Positions 49,893-60,290 of a stretch of DNA of 64,000 nt are shown here, piece after piece. The stretch is from Candidatus Atabeyarchaeum deiterrae (GTDB lineage Archaea > Asgardarchaeota > Atabeyarchaeia > Atabeyarchaeales > Atabeyarchaeaceae), in assembly GCA_037310415.1 (NCBI GenBank), contig CP147780.1, positions 2,048,001-2,112,000 on the forward strand. Direction: 5' to 3'. Numbering within the stretch: position 1 is the stretch's first letter; each line of letters starts with the position of its first letter. Below the pieces are notes generated by a model. It was given only the letters and a program-made list of their open reading frames with translations, was not told the DNA's origin and ran no database searches. A program made the translations under genes and the position numbers.

Positions 49893-52763
49893 CTAGAACT
49901 CTGTTCTCGCTATTATTTCGTCTTGGACAAGCCTGTCGAGATCCGTAAACAACGCACTGTAACCTGCAACTCGGACCACTAGGTCGCGGTGTTCTTCTGG
50001 GTGTTTCTGTGCTTCGAGTAGGTCTTCGCGGCTTACAAAGTTGCTTTGCATGTGCATGCCGCCCAGCTTAAAGTATGATTTGATTAGCGACTTCAAGTTC
50101 TCTATTCCTTCATCGCCTCGAAATGTGGTTGGATTGAACTTCAGAGCTAAGACGGCGCCATTCGACACGAGTTCATAGTTTAGTTTCGCTGCTGATTTTA
50201 GGAGGGCGGTTGGTCCAAATGCTGCGGTTCCAGGCTCAGGTGTGACTCCACACGATAATGCTTTGGTAGCTTTCCTGCCGTTCGGAAGGGCTCCGACCAG
50301 TAGACCAAATGTCACATGCATTGTTACTGAGTACAGGCCGGGCTGATACCATCCGCCTCTTGGGTTCTTGAATTTCTCGACTTCTTTGCAGTAGATCTCT
50401 CCGACCCGACGAGCATAGCTATCTGCCAAGTCGTTATCTGTCCCATACTTTGGAGCTTGGTTGACTAGCATTTGCCGGAGCGGTTCGTAGCCTACAAAGT
50501 TCTTGCTGAGTGCCTTAACAAGGTCACCCATTGATACCCTTCCTTCTCTGAAGACGAGTCGGTCGATTGCAGTCAATGCATCAGCGACCGTGGCAACCCC
50601 AACTCCCTGTGGTCCGGTGAAATTGTATACAGCTCCCCCTTGTGTGAGGTCTTTGCCTCTGGTCAGACAATCATCTGTTAGTGATGAAGCGAATGGAGTG
50701 GGCTTTATTTCTTCGTGCACTCTCGCGAGAACATCCAAGCCTTCTATCATTCTACTGACAAGGTATGCGACTTGCTTCTCGTAGGCTCGTGTCACGTCTT
50801 CCATTGACGTGAATGTGTTTGGGTCTCCAGTTTGAAGCCCGATCTGCCCTACCATGACTCTCCCTTTACCATCGTTTAAGGCGAGCTCGAGGCAGAGACC
50901 CAAGTTGAGCAGCGCAGCGTCAGAGGAAGTGAAGCTCTTTCCTGGAACAGCCGGTTCAACGCATCCGATGATCCCGTAGTTGCGGGCTTCTTTCAGTGGT
51001 ATCCCTTTCCGAGTCATTGACTTGATGACCAAGTCATCGTTAAATACGTGGGGCAGCGTTCCCATTTCGAGAGCTGCACTGCAGACTTCAGTAAGGAGTT
51101 TCTCTGGGGTTGATCTGTGGATTCTTATCCCGAAGTTTGGTTGAGGAGTTTTCACGCTTCTCGCAGCGTTTAGAATCACATATGACAGGTTATTGGTAGC
51201 GTCGTTTCCGTTCTCATCTATTCCACCTATTACAGCATTTGCGAAGGCAGTCAACCCGGCGAAAGCTATGCTGGCATCGGTGTCAAATAGCGGTATTACG
51301 CTGGACAGCTTGAGAAAGAAGCATTCAAGCAGTTCTTGAGCTTTGTCACTGCTTATTCTTCCTGCGTTCAGATCTGCTTGGTAGTACGGGCTCAGATATT
51401 GATCCATTCTCCCGAGAGAGATAGCAGACTCGTAGCTCTCCATTTGGCATGCAAGATGAGTAAAGAACATGGCTTGCAGGCACTCCTGGAATGTCTCCGA
51501 GGGATTCTCAGGAACTTTGGCGCATATCCTTGCAATCTCCTTGAGTTCTGCGCGTCGTTCCGGGTTTTTCTCTGCATCGGCCATTTGCCCAGCAAGTTCG
51601 CTGTGTCTGTTTGCGAAATGTATAACACTCTGGCACGCTATCTCTGTAGCGTCACAGAATTCGATTTTGTGCTGCATCTCAACGCTTCTAGGTTTACCTT
51701 CATCAAGTGCCTCCTGTCGCAGTTTCTTGGCCTCGTTGACTATCTGCTTGAGTCCAAGTTTCAGCACACGCTCATGGTTTATCAGCATGTGCCCAATTCC
51801 CGCTATCTCTGTTAAGATGAATACTCCAAGCCTATCGAATAAGTCGGCAACTTCTTTTGGCAAGTATTTTCTTGTCAGATCGACAATTGTTTTGCCCCGC
51901 CAGTAAGGAAATACCTTCTCTTGCAGTTCCCGCTTCTCATCTTCGGTTATGGTGAACGGATTCGTGCTTCTTTGTCCTATTCTGTTGAGTTCTCCTTCTA
52001 TCCGTGGTCCGAGTGCTGTCTCTGGGTAGACCCCTGCCGCAAGAGGCTTACTTGTGATATTGCCAACTATGAACTCGTCAGGATAGATGTTGACGGTGAG
52101 ATTGTCCAGAGTAAGCTTCAACGCTTTTGCCTGCCGGATGACGGCTGGCTCTCCCTCAGTTGATTTGTGAGATTCAGTGTAATATCTTGCTCTCTCGACA
52201 CATATCTCCCTCCGCTGTGTCAGGAAACGTTTCTTGAGGCGATTCACTCGCGACTCTGCGGAATCGGGCTCAGGGGACGGCTTAGGCGCACCTTCGTGAA
52301 CGCCTCCTTTTGTGGGCGTCTCACTAACGATGCCCAACTCTTTGCAGTACTCGATATACGTTCTTATGGTTTGGGGAAGTGTTCGTGTCATCTTTGTAAC
52401 GACGCTTCTGTCGCCATCAGTTCTCACGGAATCGGATCCGAATGCCTGAAAAGTGCTTAGTCTGCCTGAATACAGTTCATGAAACGTATTGGCACTTAGG
52501 GTCAAAGTCACGTCGGGTGTTTCCTTGGCTTTGCCTTGAAACACTCTCACGCGCTTTCCAGTTTTGGTATCGATAATGATGAAGACCTCTGGATATTCGA
52601 GATGAATTTGAATAATGGCATTTAAGTCCAACAATGCGTTGGCGACTTCTGGATTTCTATTGGCTCTTCTGTAGAATTCCACCAAGAACTCTTCAGCTTG
52701 TCTTGGATTCTTTAAGTAAGGGAATTCATCCTTTTCGATTGCTGTTCTTGCAGTTGAAGACAT
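49893..52763 (-). CDS. Glycyl radical enzyme (PFL2/dehydratase-like) with N-terminal SCP2-like domain
   Basis: ERARYYT, SLGRMDQY, IIGCVEP (single Cys), VRVAGYS; N-terminal PDVTLTLSANTFHELYSGRLSTFQAF...TDGD; probable ATG at 52763. Confidence 0.9.
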   Translation of the reverse strand: MSSTARTAIEKDEFPYLKNPRQAEEFLVEFYRRANRNPEVANALLDLNAIIQIHLEYPEVFIIIDTKTGKRVRVFQGKAKETPDVTLTLSANTFHELYSGRLSTFQAFGSDSVRTDGDRSVVTKMTRTLPQTIRTYIEYCKELGIVSETPTKGGVHEGAPKPSPEPDSAESRVNRLKKRFLTQRREICVERARYYTESHKSTEGEPAVIRQAKALKLTLDNLTVNIYPDEFIVGNITSKPLAAGVYPETALGPRIEGELNRIGQRSTNPFTITEDEKRELQEKVFPYWRGKTIVDLTRKYLPKEVADLFDRLGVFILTEIAGIGHMLINHERVLKLGLKQIVNEAKKLRQEALDEGKPRSVEMQHKIEFCDATEIACQSVIHFANRHSELAGQMADAEKNPERRAELKEIARICAKVPENPSETFQECLQAMFFTHLACQMESYESAISLGRMDQYLSPYYQADLNAGRISSDKAQELLECFFLKLSSVIPLFDTDASIAFAGLTAFANAVIGGIDENGNDATNNLSYVILNAARSVKTPQPNFGIRIHRSTPEKLLTEVCSAALEMGTLPHVFNDDLVIKSMTRKGIPLKEARNYGIIGCVEPAVPGKSFTSSDAALLNLGLCLELALNDGKGRVMVGQIGLQTGDPNTFTSMEDVTRAYEKQVAYLVSRMIEGLDVLARVHEEIKPTPFASSLTDDCLTRGKDLTQGGAVYNFTGPQGVGVATVADALTAIDRLVFREGRVSMGDLVKALSKNFVGYEPLRQMLVNQAPKYGTDNDLADSYARRVGEIYCKEVEKFKNPRGGWYQPGLYSVTMHVTFGLLVGALPNGRKATKALSCGVTPEPGTAAFGPTALLKSAAKLNYELVSNGAVLALKFNPTTFRGDEGIENLKSLIKSYFKLGGMHMQSNFVSREDLLEAQKHPEEHRDLVVRVAGYSALFTDLDRLVQDEIIARTEF

Positions 52764-53078
52764 GTGTGGTCTCCTCTCCTGCCGCCCCGCTTCTGACGGG
52801 TGATTCACCGTGAGGGTTAATGAGATATCGGTTCTGCTTGACCGAGTTACTAATAGGTCAGTCTATCCAATATAATATAGTTATTCAATTGCATCACGGG
52901 GGACAACAACTGAACCTAGACGAGAGAAACCGAGCGTGTTCGATAGATGATGCGCACTTAACTTTGGTGTAGCGATTTCACGATGTGTGTCAAGGTTGCA
53001 AAGAAAGATTTACAATGGGGAAGATACATAGAGATCGTGTTTGAAGACAGTTGCAGTTGAGAAGGATGAAAGAGTCGA

Positions 53079-53804
53079 GTGAGTCGAAACATGGAATCGA
53101 GACCCAAGGACGGAGAAACGGCTTCTGAATGGCTTAAAAGAGCTAATCAACTTGCAGAACTGGGCAAATTCGAGCAAGCATTGAAGGACTATGATAAAGC
53201 AATCAGACTAGACCCGAAATGTGTCGAAGCATGGGATAGAAGAGGCGTCGCCCTTTACGAACTCAGCAGATTTGATGAAGCATTCCAAAGCTACGATGAA
53301 GCCATCAAGTTGAACCCAAGATTTGTCGAAGCACTCAATGACAAAGGTCTTGCCCTGTACGGTATCGGATTGTTCGAAGAGGCCTTGGAGTGCTACGATG
53401 AAGCCATTAGAGTAGACCCGAGGAACAGTCAAACCTGGAACAGGAGAGGAGTCGCGCTCCACAGTCTCGGCAGGATTCAGGAAGCATTGAGATGCTACGA
53501 GCGAGTCAATAAAATGAACCCGGAGCTGGTCGACGCGTGGTACAACGAAGGTTTTGCTCTCAATGATATTCGCAAGTTTAGTGAAGCCGTCAAGTGCTTC
53601 AATGAAGTGCTCAAGACCAAACCAGAGCATATTTACGCACTCATTGACCGGGGATTCGCTCTGTACAATCTTGGTCGGTTCGAAGAAGCGCTTGAAAGCT
53701 ATGACAAGGTATTGAGAATTGATACTTCTCTTGGTCAGGCAAGAGAGGGCAAGAAGCTAGCTGAAGAACAGCTGAGAGAAAGAGGAGCCAATGGTCATTC
53801 CTGA
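53079..53804 (+). CDS. Tetratricopeptide repeat protein
   Basis: About six 34-aa repeats W..RG.AL..LG.FEEA...YD.AI..DP. Confidence 0.95.
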   Translation: MSRNMESRPKDGETASEWLKRANQLAELGKFEQALKDYDKAIRLDPKCVEAWDRRGVALYELSRFDEAFQSYDEAIKLNPRFVEALNDKGLALYGIGLFEEALECYDEAIRVDPRNSQTWNRRGVALHSLGRIQEALRCYERVNKMNPELVDAWYNEGFALNDIRKFSEAVKCFNEVLKTKPEHIYALIDRGFALYNLGRFEEALESYDKVLRIDTSLGQAREGKKLAEEQLRERGANGHS

Positions 53805-53834
53805 GGGCACGGTGTCGGCGCGCCGCATTCAAGC

Positions 53835-54995
53835 TTAGAAATCGATTGATTTGTTCCTGAGCATACAGTCGAATATCTTTGTGAAGTCTTCATTTGTTGC
53901 GTTTCTTGGGCTTGTAAAAGAGGTCGGATCCTCTGAAGAGAATTTCACCAAATTGGGAATCAACTTTTCGAATTTGGCATCTGCGATGCCTAGACCCCTG
54001 ATTGTTGTTGGGAGTTGTATCTTGGTGAGCAATTCCCTGATCATGGCTGAGAGCCTCTTAGCCGGATCCTCAGGTGCGGCTCCCTTGATGTCAAGCATTC
54101 TTAGAATCTGAGAGTATCTTTCTTTGGATGTTTCAGCACAGAACTCTATCGCGTAAGGAAGCGCAAATCCCACCGCCGCTCCATGAGGAAGATGCAGTAG
54201 GGCACCTATGCTGTGTCCCATGGCGTGAGCGATTCCGAGACCCGAGTTGTTCATAGCAATTCCTGCGAAGGTTGCCGCGTAGTGCATCTTCTCCATCGCC
54301 GTCTCATCACCTGTCTTGAAGGATTTCTCAAGGTATTCGAATACGGTTTGGATAGCCTTCATCGCGTGCGCGTCACTGAAGTCAGTGTGCATCTGGGTGA
54401 TGTATGATTCAATGCCGTGAGCGAGAACGTCAATCCCAGTGGTTGCTCTGAGCTTCGGTGGCATTCTATAAGCTAGCGTTGGATCCAAGATAGCAACATC
54501 TGGAACCAATTCGTAACAGGCTAGCGACATTTTGTTGCCGCTCTCCGAGTCGGTGATGACGCATCCTAGACTTGCCTCCGATCCTGTTCCTGATGTTGTT
54601 GGGATGGCTATTAGCTTCGCTTTGGTTCTGAGATTGTATGTCTCTAAGGGGCTCATATTGCACAGCTTCACGTCGGGTCGCTCATAGTTGAAGAATGTTC
54701 CTTTTGCGACGTCTATCGAGGAGCCTCCACCGAGCCCAATGATCAGGTCTGGTTCGAATTCTGTTGCTAGCTGGACACAGCGCGCCACGGTTGTGTCCTT
54801 CGGGTCGGGCTCAACTTCGTCGAAAACCGCAACCTTGGTGCCGCCATCCTTCAGACGCTTCTGGACTTCGTCGACTACCCCCAAATTCTTGAGCGTCTTA
54901 TCAGTGACGAGTAAGACGCGTTCCGCTTTGATTTCTGCTATCCTATCTATGGCGCCCGTGCCGAAATAGATTAGAGGACACTTGAACAATTTCAA
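53835..54995 (-). CDS. Iron-containing alcohol dehydrogenase
   Basis: GGGSSIDVAK, PTTSGTGSE, D.LAHGIE, GLGIAHAMGH, HG. Confidence 0.95.
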   Translation of the reverse strand: MKLFKCPLIYFGTGAIDRIAEIKAERVLLVTDKTLKNLGVVDEVQKRLKDGGTKVAVFDEVEPDPKDTTVARCVQLATEFEPDLIIGLGGGSSIDVAKGTFFNYERPDVKLCNMSPLETYNLRTKAKLIAIPTTSGTGSEASLGCVITDSESGNKMSLACYELVPDVAILDPTLAYRMPPKLRATTGIDVLAHGIESYITQMHTDFSDAHAMKAIQTVFEYLEKSFKTGDETAMEKMHYAATFAGIAMNNSGLGIAHAMGHSIGALLHLPHGAAVGFALPYAIEFCAETSKERYSQILRMLDIKGAAPEDPAKRLSAMIRELLTKIQLPTTIRGLGIADAKFEKLIPNLVKFSSEDPTSFTSPRNATNEDFTKIFDCMLRNKSIDF

Positions 54996-55169
54996 GACCT
55001 CGCAATTGCTGCTAGTGATAGTATATGAATACGATTTGACAAGGCAACAATATACTAATTGTGCCTAGCATGACACATAAGTATTTAAGGAATATCGAAT
55101 CAGACTCTTAGAAAAAGGAGATCAGTATTTCCTTCAAAGGAGGGAAAGAGTCTGAGAAAGTTCGATCTG

Positions 55170-55352
55170 TTGCTTTTCCTGTGGGGCGCTATTACGTCTT
55201 TGTTGGTGTTTGTAGCATATTTCCTGTATGGCATGGCTGGCACGCCCGGGATAGCCGATGTTGCAGGTCGCATCATGTTTGCTTATGTGATCCTCGGAGC
55301 GGTGGTCGTAGGAGCCTTTGTGGCCAGCATCTACATTGCAGCGAAATCTTAG
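55170..55352 (+). CDS. Small two-TM membrane protein
   Basis: Two hydrophobic helices between the ADH paralogs. Confidence 0.5.
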   Translation: MLFLWGAITSLLVFVAYFLYGMAGTPGIADVAGRIMFAYVILGAVVVGAFVASIYIAAKS

Positions 55353-55391
55353 GTCTGAGACAAGAGTGCTCCCAAGAGTCGGCTTCTCTTT

Positions 55392-56546
55392 TTAGAAGTC
55401 AATAGGCTTGTCTTTCGTCATGTACTCCAGTATCGTTGTGAACTCTTTTGTCGTGGGTACTCTGGGACTTGTGAATGTGCACAAGTCTCCTGCAGCGAAC
55501 CCCGCCATGGTCGGGATCTTGCTTCTGAATTCGTCTTGATCGATTTCAAGATCCTTTATTGAGGTGGGTTCCTTGATCTCCGTCATTAGGCCCTTCACCG
55601 CAGTGAGTAGTTTCTGAGCTGAGCTCTCTTGCGTGGCGCCCTCTACTCCGATAGCCCTGAGGAGTTCCAAGTACTTGTCCTTGGCCGTCTTGGTGCAGTA
55701 CTCTATCGTGTAAGGCAGCGCCCATCCAACTGCTTGTCCATGTGGTAGGTGAAATGCTGAGCCTACCGCATGACCAAGGCTGTGAGCAATGCCAAGACCG
55801 GAGTAGCTCATCGCCGATCCAGCGAGACTCGCGGCGTAGTGCATCTCTTCCATTGCTATCTCGTTGCCAGTCTTATACGATTGCCCAAGATAGCGGAAGA
55901 CTGTCTGAATAGCCTTGATGGCTGACGCACTTGTGAATTGGTTGCTCATTTTGGTAAGGAGGCTCTCTACTGCGTGAACAAGGGCATCAAGACCCGTGTC
56001 TGCCCTGAGTTTCGGCGGCATTTTGAAGGCCAACTGTGGATCCAGAATAGCAACGTCTGGAACCAATTCAAATGATGTAAGAGTTAGCTTCCTCCCCGAC
56101 TTGGAATCTGTGACAGCGAGTCCGATGCTCACCTCAGAACCTGTTCCTGATGTAGTCGGTATCGCCACAAGCCTTGCCTTCTTCCTCAAGCCATAATTTA
56201 CTAGAGGGCTGACAGTAGCAAGCTTAACATCAGGTCGTTCGTACAATAGAAAGGCGCCTTTCGCAACGTCTATTGGAGATCCTCCGCCCAGCCCCATGAA
56301 CAAATCTGGCTTGAACGCCGCTGCGATCTCAGCACAGCTGGAAACGGTTGAGTCTTTCGGTTCAGGTTCAACCTCGTCGAAGGTCTTTATCTCTGAGAAC
56401 TTTCCTTTTAGGTGCTTCTCTAATTCACTCAGAAACCCCAGCGCCCTGATCTTCTTATCCGTGACTATCAGAGCCCGTTCTCCTTTGAGATTGGCGATTC
56501 TTCCGATCGCGCCTTTGCCAAAGTATATCAAGGGACTCTTAAACAA
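55392..56546 (-). CDS. Iron-containing alcohol dehydrogenase (paralog)
   Basis: GGGSPIDVAK, PTTSGTGSE, DALVHAVE, GLGIAHSLGH. Confidence 0.95.
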   Translation of the reverse strand: MFKSPLIYFGKGAIGRIANLKGERALIVTDKKIRALGFLSELEKHLKGKFSEIKTFDEVEPEPKDSTVSSCAEIAAAFKPDLFMGLGGGSPIDVAKGAFLLYERPDVKLATVSPLVNYGLRKKARLVAIPTTSGTGSEVSIGLAVTDSKSGRKLTLTSFELVPDVAILDPQLAFKMPPKLRADTGLDALVHAVESLLTKMSNQFTSASAIKAIQTVFRYLGQSYKTGNEIAMEEMHYAASLAGSAMSYSGLGIAHSLGHAVGSAFHLPHGQAVGWALPYTIEYCTKTAKDKYLELLRAIGVEGATQESSAQKLLTAVKGLMTEIKEPTSIKDLEIDQDEFRSKIPTMAGFAAGDLCTFTSPRVPTTKEFTTILEYMTKDKPIDF

Positions 56547-56765
56547 TTGCGAAACCTCCGATCTGCGGTCTTCTTTGCGACGACTAGTCTACTCACTGCA
56601 TGATTGGCCAGCATTCACGGTAACGCCCAGTATGCAGGCACTCAAGATATAAATCCTGATGGCTCTCGGACAAAAAGAAGGGAGAAGATGAACAACACCA
56701 TGACTGTTCTATTGTCACTGAACGTAGCGCACAGCTGGTTATCTCCAACCTCGTCTTCGACAAAA

Positions 56766-57179
56766 CTACCATGGGAAACCTTTTGCCATCACCGTGAGCG
56801 TGTAAGTCATCATCGCTGTTCCACTAACTTGAACTGTGTGAGCTCCGAATGCAGAGAACCACGAAGAGTAACCAGTCGTGTTAGTTGACGGAACACTAAA
56901 AGTGGTTGAATCGAAGACAATGCTGCCGGCATTGTCCCTGACTATAATGCGGTAGAGACCTGTCCCACTGCATGTAAAGACAATTTGGGCTGACGACTTT
57001 GGAAATAGAATTGAGAACGGATAGGTATGGCTGGCAACACCGCTCAGAGTGCCTGACTCGTTAAGCACCGCTGAAGGATACGCCAAGACAAGGTAACCCA
57101 TTATAGAAGCGACCATGACCACGAGGATTGCCGCCACTATCTTTGTTTTTCCACTCGCTCTTCCCATTCCTTCTCTCAC
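56766..57179 (-). CDS. Membrane-anchored exported beta-rich hypothetical protein
   Basis: N-terminal TM followed by a Ser/Thr-rich beta domain. Confidence 0.6.
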   Translation of the reverse strand: MREGMGRASGKTKIVAAILVVMVASIMGYLVLAYPSAVLNESGTLSGVASHTYPFSILFPKSSAQIVFTCSGTGLYRIIVRDNAGSIVFDSTTFSVPSTNTTGYSSWFSAFGAHTVQVSGTAMMTYTLTVMAKGFPW

Positions 57180-57751
57180 CCCCCTTCATTTGCGGACGCT
57201 AATAGTCACCTCTATTGGGACGAGGTAATTAAAGGGTTCTGTTACGACAGTTATTTATGTTCAATCTTTCCTCCAATCAATTGCTGTATTGAATTCATTC
57301 CTCCGATTGCAGTCCCTACCAATGTTACAGAGTGCTATCTCAATCAATAGTTCTATCGTCATTTCGAAGAAGAGAGAAACACTAATCTGAAAGGAGCATA
57401 ACTCGACAGACTAGTCACTATGTCATCTACCGTTGATCATTAACCTAAAATACTTGAATGTGTAGATAGATTGCTCGAGGTTAAGGGCGAGTACTACTAC
57501 AATCTTTGACCCAAGGGAGCAAACTGATCATTTCGTCCACGCCAGTTACATGTTAGTAAGATGCCTTGCCCGCTGATGAGGCTTGCGAGGTTTGAGTAAT
57601 CGCTACGAAAAAGATAAGAGAGCAATCAGACGCAGTCACACCCACATGATCGTCAACATGTGCGATGCTTTCATTGCGAAAGATGAACTCGATGCATGTC
57701 ATCCGGACTCTCGAAGGTCCGGCAACACTCAGGCAGGACGGGTAGTAGTCT

Positions 57752-58657
57752 ATGGGGAAGGTAAGTATCACTGATCATTTGTTCTTGATAACAGCTAGAG
57801 ATCCGAAGAGGTTTCCGTATTCCAATTCTCTCCTCATAGACGACGAAGTGAAAGGTCTGGTGGACACTGGTCTTGACTCAGCTCAACTCAAGAAGCTGGC
57901 AAATGAAAACAAGATTGATATTCTTATTAATTCGCATTATCACATTGACCATGTTAGAGGAAACTGGATGTTTCCAAACGCGTCGCTCTATGCGCCAACA
58001 CAAGATGCGTTGGCGATCAGTTCATATGATAAGTTCCTTGAGATGACTGGGTTCAACAAGAACAAAAAGCTCGTCAAGTTCTTCGAGAAGAACAGGCCCG
58101 AACTTTTTGGCGTGAGAGAAAAGATCAGGATCAAGGTAAGGTTCAAGGACAATTACGAATTTGACTTCGGCGAGACCAACCTGAGGGTTATCCATTCTCC
58201 CGGACACACCCCCGGTCACTCTTGTTTCTATGAACCCCGAAGCAAGATACTGTACTCTACCGATGTGGACTTGACGTCGTTTGGACCATGGTACGGTAAC
58301 GCTTCATCAGACATAGAAGACTTCATAAATTCAATTGAACGCCTTCACCATCTCAGACCCAGAGTCGTCATGACGAGTCACAGTGGACCATTCGAAGGCC
58401 AGGACAGGATAGATCTCCTATTCGATAAATATATCGACGTAATCTATAAGCGGGACGAGAAAATACTTGATCTGTTGAAAAAGGAGCGAACGCTCGACGA
58501 CCTCGTAGGTAGAGGGATAATATATCCTAAACCTAAGCAACCAATGGAAATGTTCCACTTCTTCGAAGAGGTGATGTTGCAGAAACATCTTGACCGACTC
58601 GTGGAAATGGGTGATGTATCTCGAGTAGACAAGGACAAGTACAAAGCTGAGCCCTAA
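57752..58657 (+). CDS. Metallo-beta-lactamase fold hydrolase with C-terminal winged helix
   Basis: SHYHIDH, PGHTPGH, TD, TSH; KHLDRLVEMG. Confidence 0.9.
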   Translation: MGKVSITDHLFLITARDPKRFPYSNSLLIDDEVKGLVDTGLDSAQLKKLANENKIDILINSHYHIDHVRGNWMFPNASLYAPTQDALAISSYDKFLEMTGFNKNKKLVKFFEKNRPELFGVREKIRIKVRFKDNYEFDFGETNLRVIHSPGHTPGHSCFYEPRSKILYSTDVDLTSFGPWYGNASSDIEDFINSIERLHHLRPRVVMTSHSGPFEGQDRIDLLFDKYIDVIYKRDEKILDLLKKERTLDDLVGRGIIYPKPKQPMEMFHFFEEVMLQKHLDRLVEMGDVSRVDKDKYKAEP

Positions 58658-58757
58658 AGAACGTCTTTTATGATCACTTAACGTTGACTAAGCTCTTTTC
58701 GCAACCTGCAACATCATTCTAAAAGTAGTTTCTAACATAGATCATGGAGGGCCGAAA

Positions 58758-59513
58758 TTGCTGATCGATGTTCATTGCCACATAGATGACAAATCCTTCG
58801 ACAATGACAGGGAAGAGGTCCTAGGAAGAGCTAGCAACGTGGTAGTTCTTAACGCGGGGGTCGATCCATCCAGCAACAGGAAAACCCTCGAGATCACGGA
58901 CAAGTACAGAAACGTGAAAGCATGCCTAGGTCTTCACCCTGAATTCATAGCGAACTTTTCGGAGTATGTCATAGGAAAAGAAATAACTTGGATCAGTAGC
59001 CAAGCGAAGCGGATTGTGGCTATCTCGGAAATCGGATTGGACTATTACTGGGTCAAGGATGAGGAGCAACGGGAGAAACAGAGAATTCTTTTCAGAAGGA
59101 TGCTGGCGCTTGCTGATGATCTGGGTCTTCCGGTCATCGTTCATTCGCGGGACGCTCCAAAGGATACGTTGAGTATTCTACGAGAGTTTCCGCGACTGAA
59201 AGTAGTTCTTCATGGTTTCAGCGAGCCAGACAACATGGGATACTTTGTTTCAGTGGCGCCAAACATATGTCGAAACAAGATGAAGCAGAGGCAGGTCGCG
59301 GTTTTGCCTATGGAGGTTCTGCTTACAGAGACAGATTCGCCGCTGTTGGGGATAGATCCAAAAGAGAGGAATGAACCGAGGAATGTGTTACAGGTCGTCA
59401 AGAAGATATCTGAATTGAGAGACATGAGCGCAGAAGCTGCCATAGCAGCAATCTCGCGTAACGCCAAAAACCTCTTCCCATCTTGGTGGGATTACAATGA
59501 TGACCCGCGCTAA
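58758..59513 (+). CDS. tatD: TatD-family deoxyribonuclease
   Basis: DVHCH, GLHP, SEIGLDY, VHSR, LHGF, ETDSP. Confidence 0.94.
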   Translation: MLIDVHCHIDDKSFDNDREEVLGRASNVVVLNAGVDPSSNRKTLEITDKYRNVKACLGLHPEFIANFSEYVIGKEITWISSQAKRIVAISEIGLDYYWVKDEEQREKQRILFRRMLALADDLGLPVIVHSRDAPKDTLSILREFPRLKVVLHGFSEPDNMGYFVSVAPNICRNKMKQRQVAVLPMEVLLTETDSPLLGIDPKERNEPRNVLQVVKKISELRDMSAEAAIAAISRNAKNLFPSWWDYNDDPR

Positions 59514-59572
59514 ACTGCGAAGCCACCGAAGCTCCCGATAGAAGGCAAGAGACGTTCTCACTCAGTCCATTT

Positions 59573-60094
59573 CTATTCTCTCAGAAGTCCTTCTATTACG
59601 CTTGTCGAAACTTGATAGGCTGATTCATCAAGGACAGAAATAGGATAGATCTTGATGTCCTTGAATGTCTCTTCCAGTTCTTCGACTGTCAAGACGTGTT
59701 TATCCCACTTTGTTACCAGAACATAGACCTCAGCATCAGGAGAGTTTCTTCTCAGGTTTTCATGGTACTTGCGGAAAAGCTTGGAGGCACCCTCCAGATT
59801 CTCCTTAGATGATGAATCTACCATGAAAAGGAAAACTGATACCTTTCCGAAAAGAGTCGGTATCCACTGGTCCGTCGAATAGGTGTCTACGAAGCTTGTC
59901 TGCCCGCCACAGTCAAATGCGGAGACCATCACACCCTCTGAACCCTTAAACTCATAAAGGGATATGCCAACGCCGAAAGTTGGTCTGTATTCTTCAATTT
60001 CACTGAATTCCTTTTTCTCGAAGACATGCTTGATGAAGGTCGTCTTTCCTGACGATGGTAGTCCCATTATGAGTATCTTCAGTATTTTTGGCAT
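59573..60094 (-). CDS. Small GTPase, Rag/Gtr-like G domain
   Basis: G1 GLPSSGKTT, G2 PT, G3 DCGGQ, FMVDS, G4 TKWD; no C-terminal roadblock domain. Confidence 0.85.
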   Translation of the reverse strand: MPKILKILIMGLPSSGKTTFIKHVFEKKEFSEIEEYRPTFGVGISLYEFKGSEGVMVSAFDCGGQTSFVDTYSTDQWIPTLFGKVSVFLFMVDSSSKENLEGASKLFRKYHENLRRNSPDAEVYVLVTKWDKHVLTVEELEETFKDIKIYPISVLDESAYQVSTSVIEGLLRE

Positions 60095-60290
60095 TCTTTC
60101 GTTAACACCTAGCTATTGCTATTCTGATTCATGCGACCCATCAAGCTGCGAGCGTCAACTCCAAGATCCTTCTCGACGCAAGACGAACTCCCAATACAAC
60201 TATGCCGCGCAATTCCATATAACCGTATTCTGTTGAAAGACTTCTTTGGTGTGATTCACAAGTAGACCAGACACGTGACAAGAGCATTAC

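Noticed and set aside
49893-52763. Pyruvate formate-lyase or alkylsuccinate synthase assignment
   Set aside because: Single-Cys GCVEP rather than the PFL CC motif; no small beta/gamma subunits or activase nearby
53100-53740. ~102-nt periodic repeats
   Set aside because: Degenerate coding TPR repeats, not a CRISPR array or tandem DNA repeat
57180-57750. Long intergenic gap with short ORFs (also 12490-12945 and 21960-22410)
   Set aside because: No recognisable protein, RNA or repeat signal
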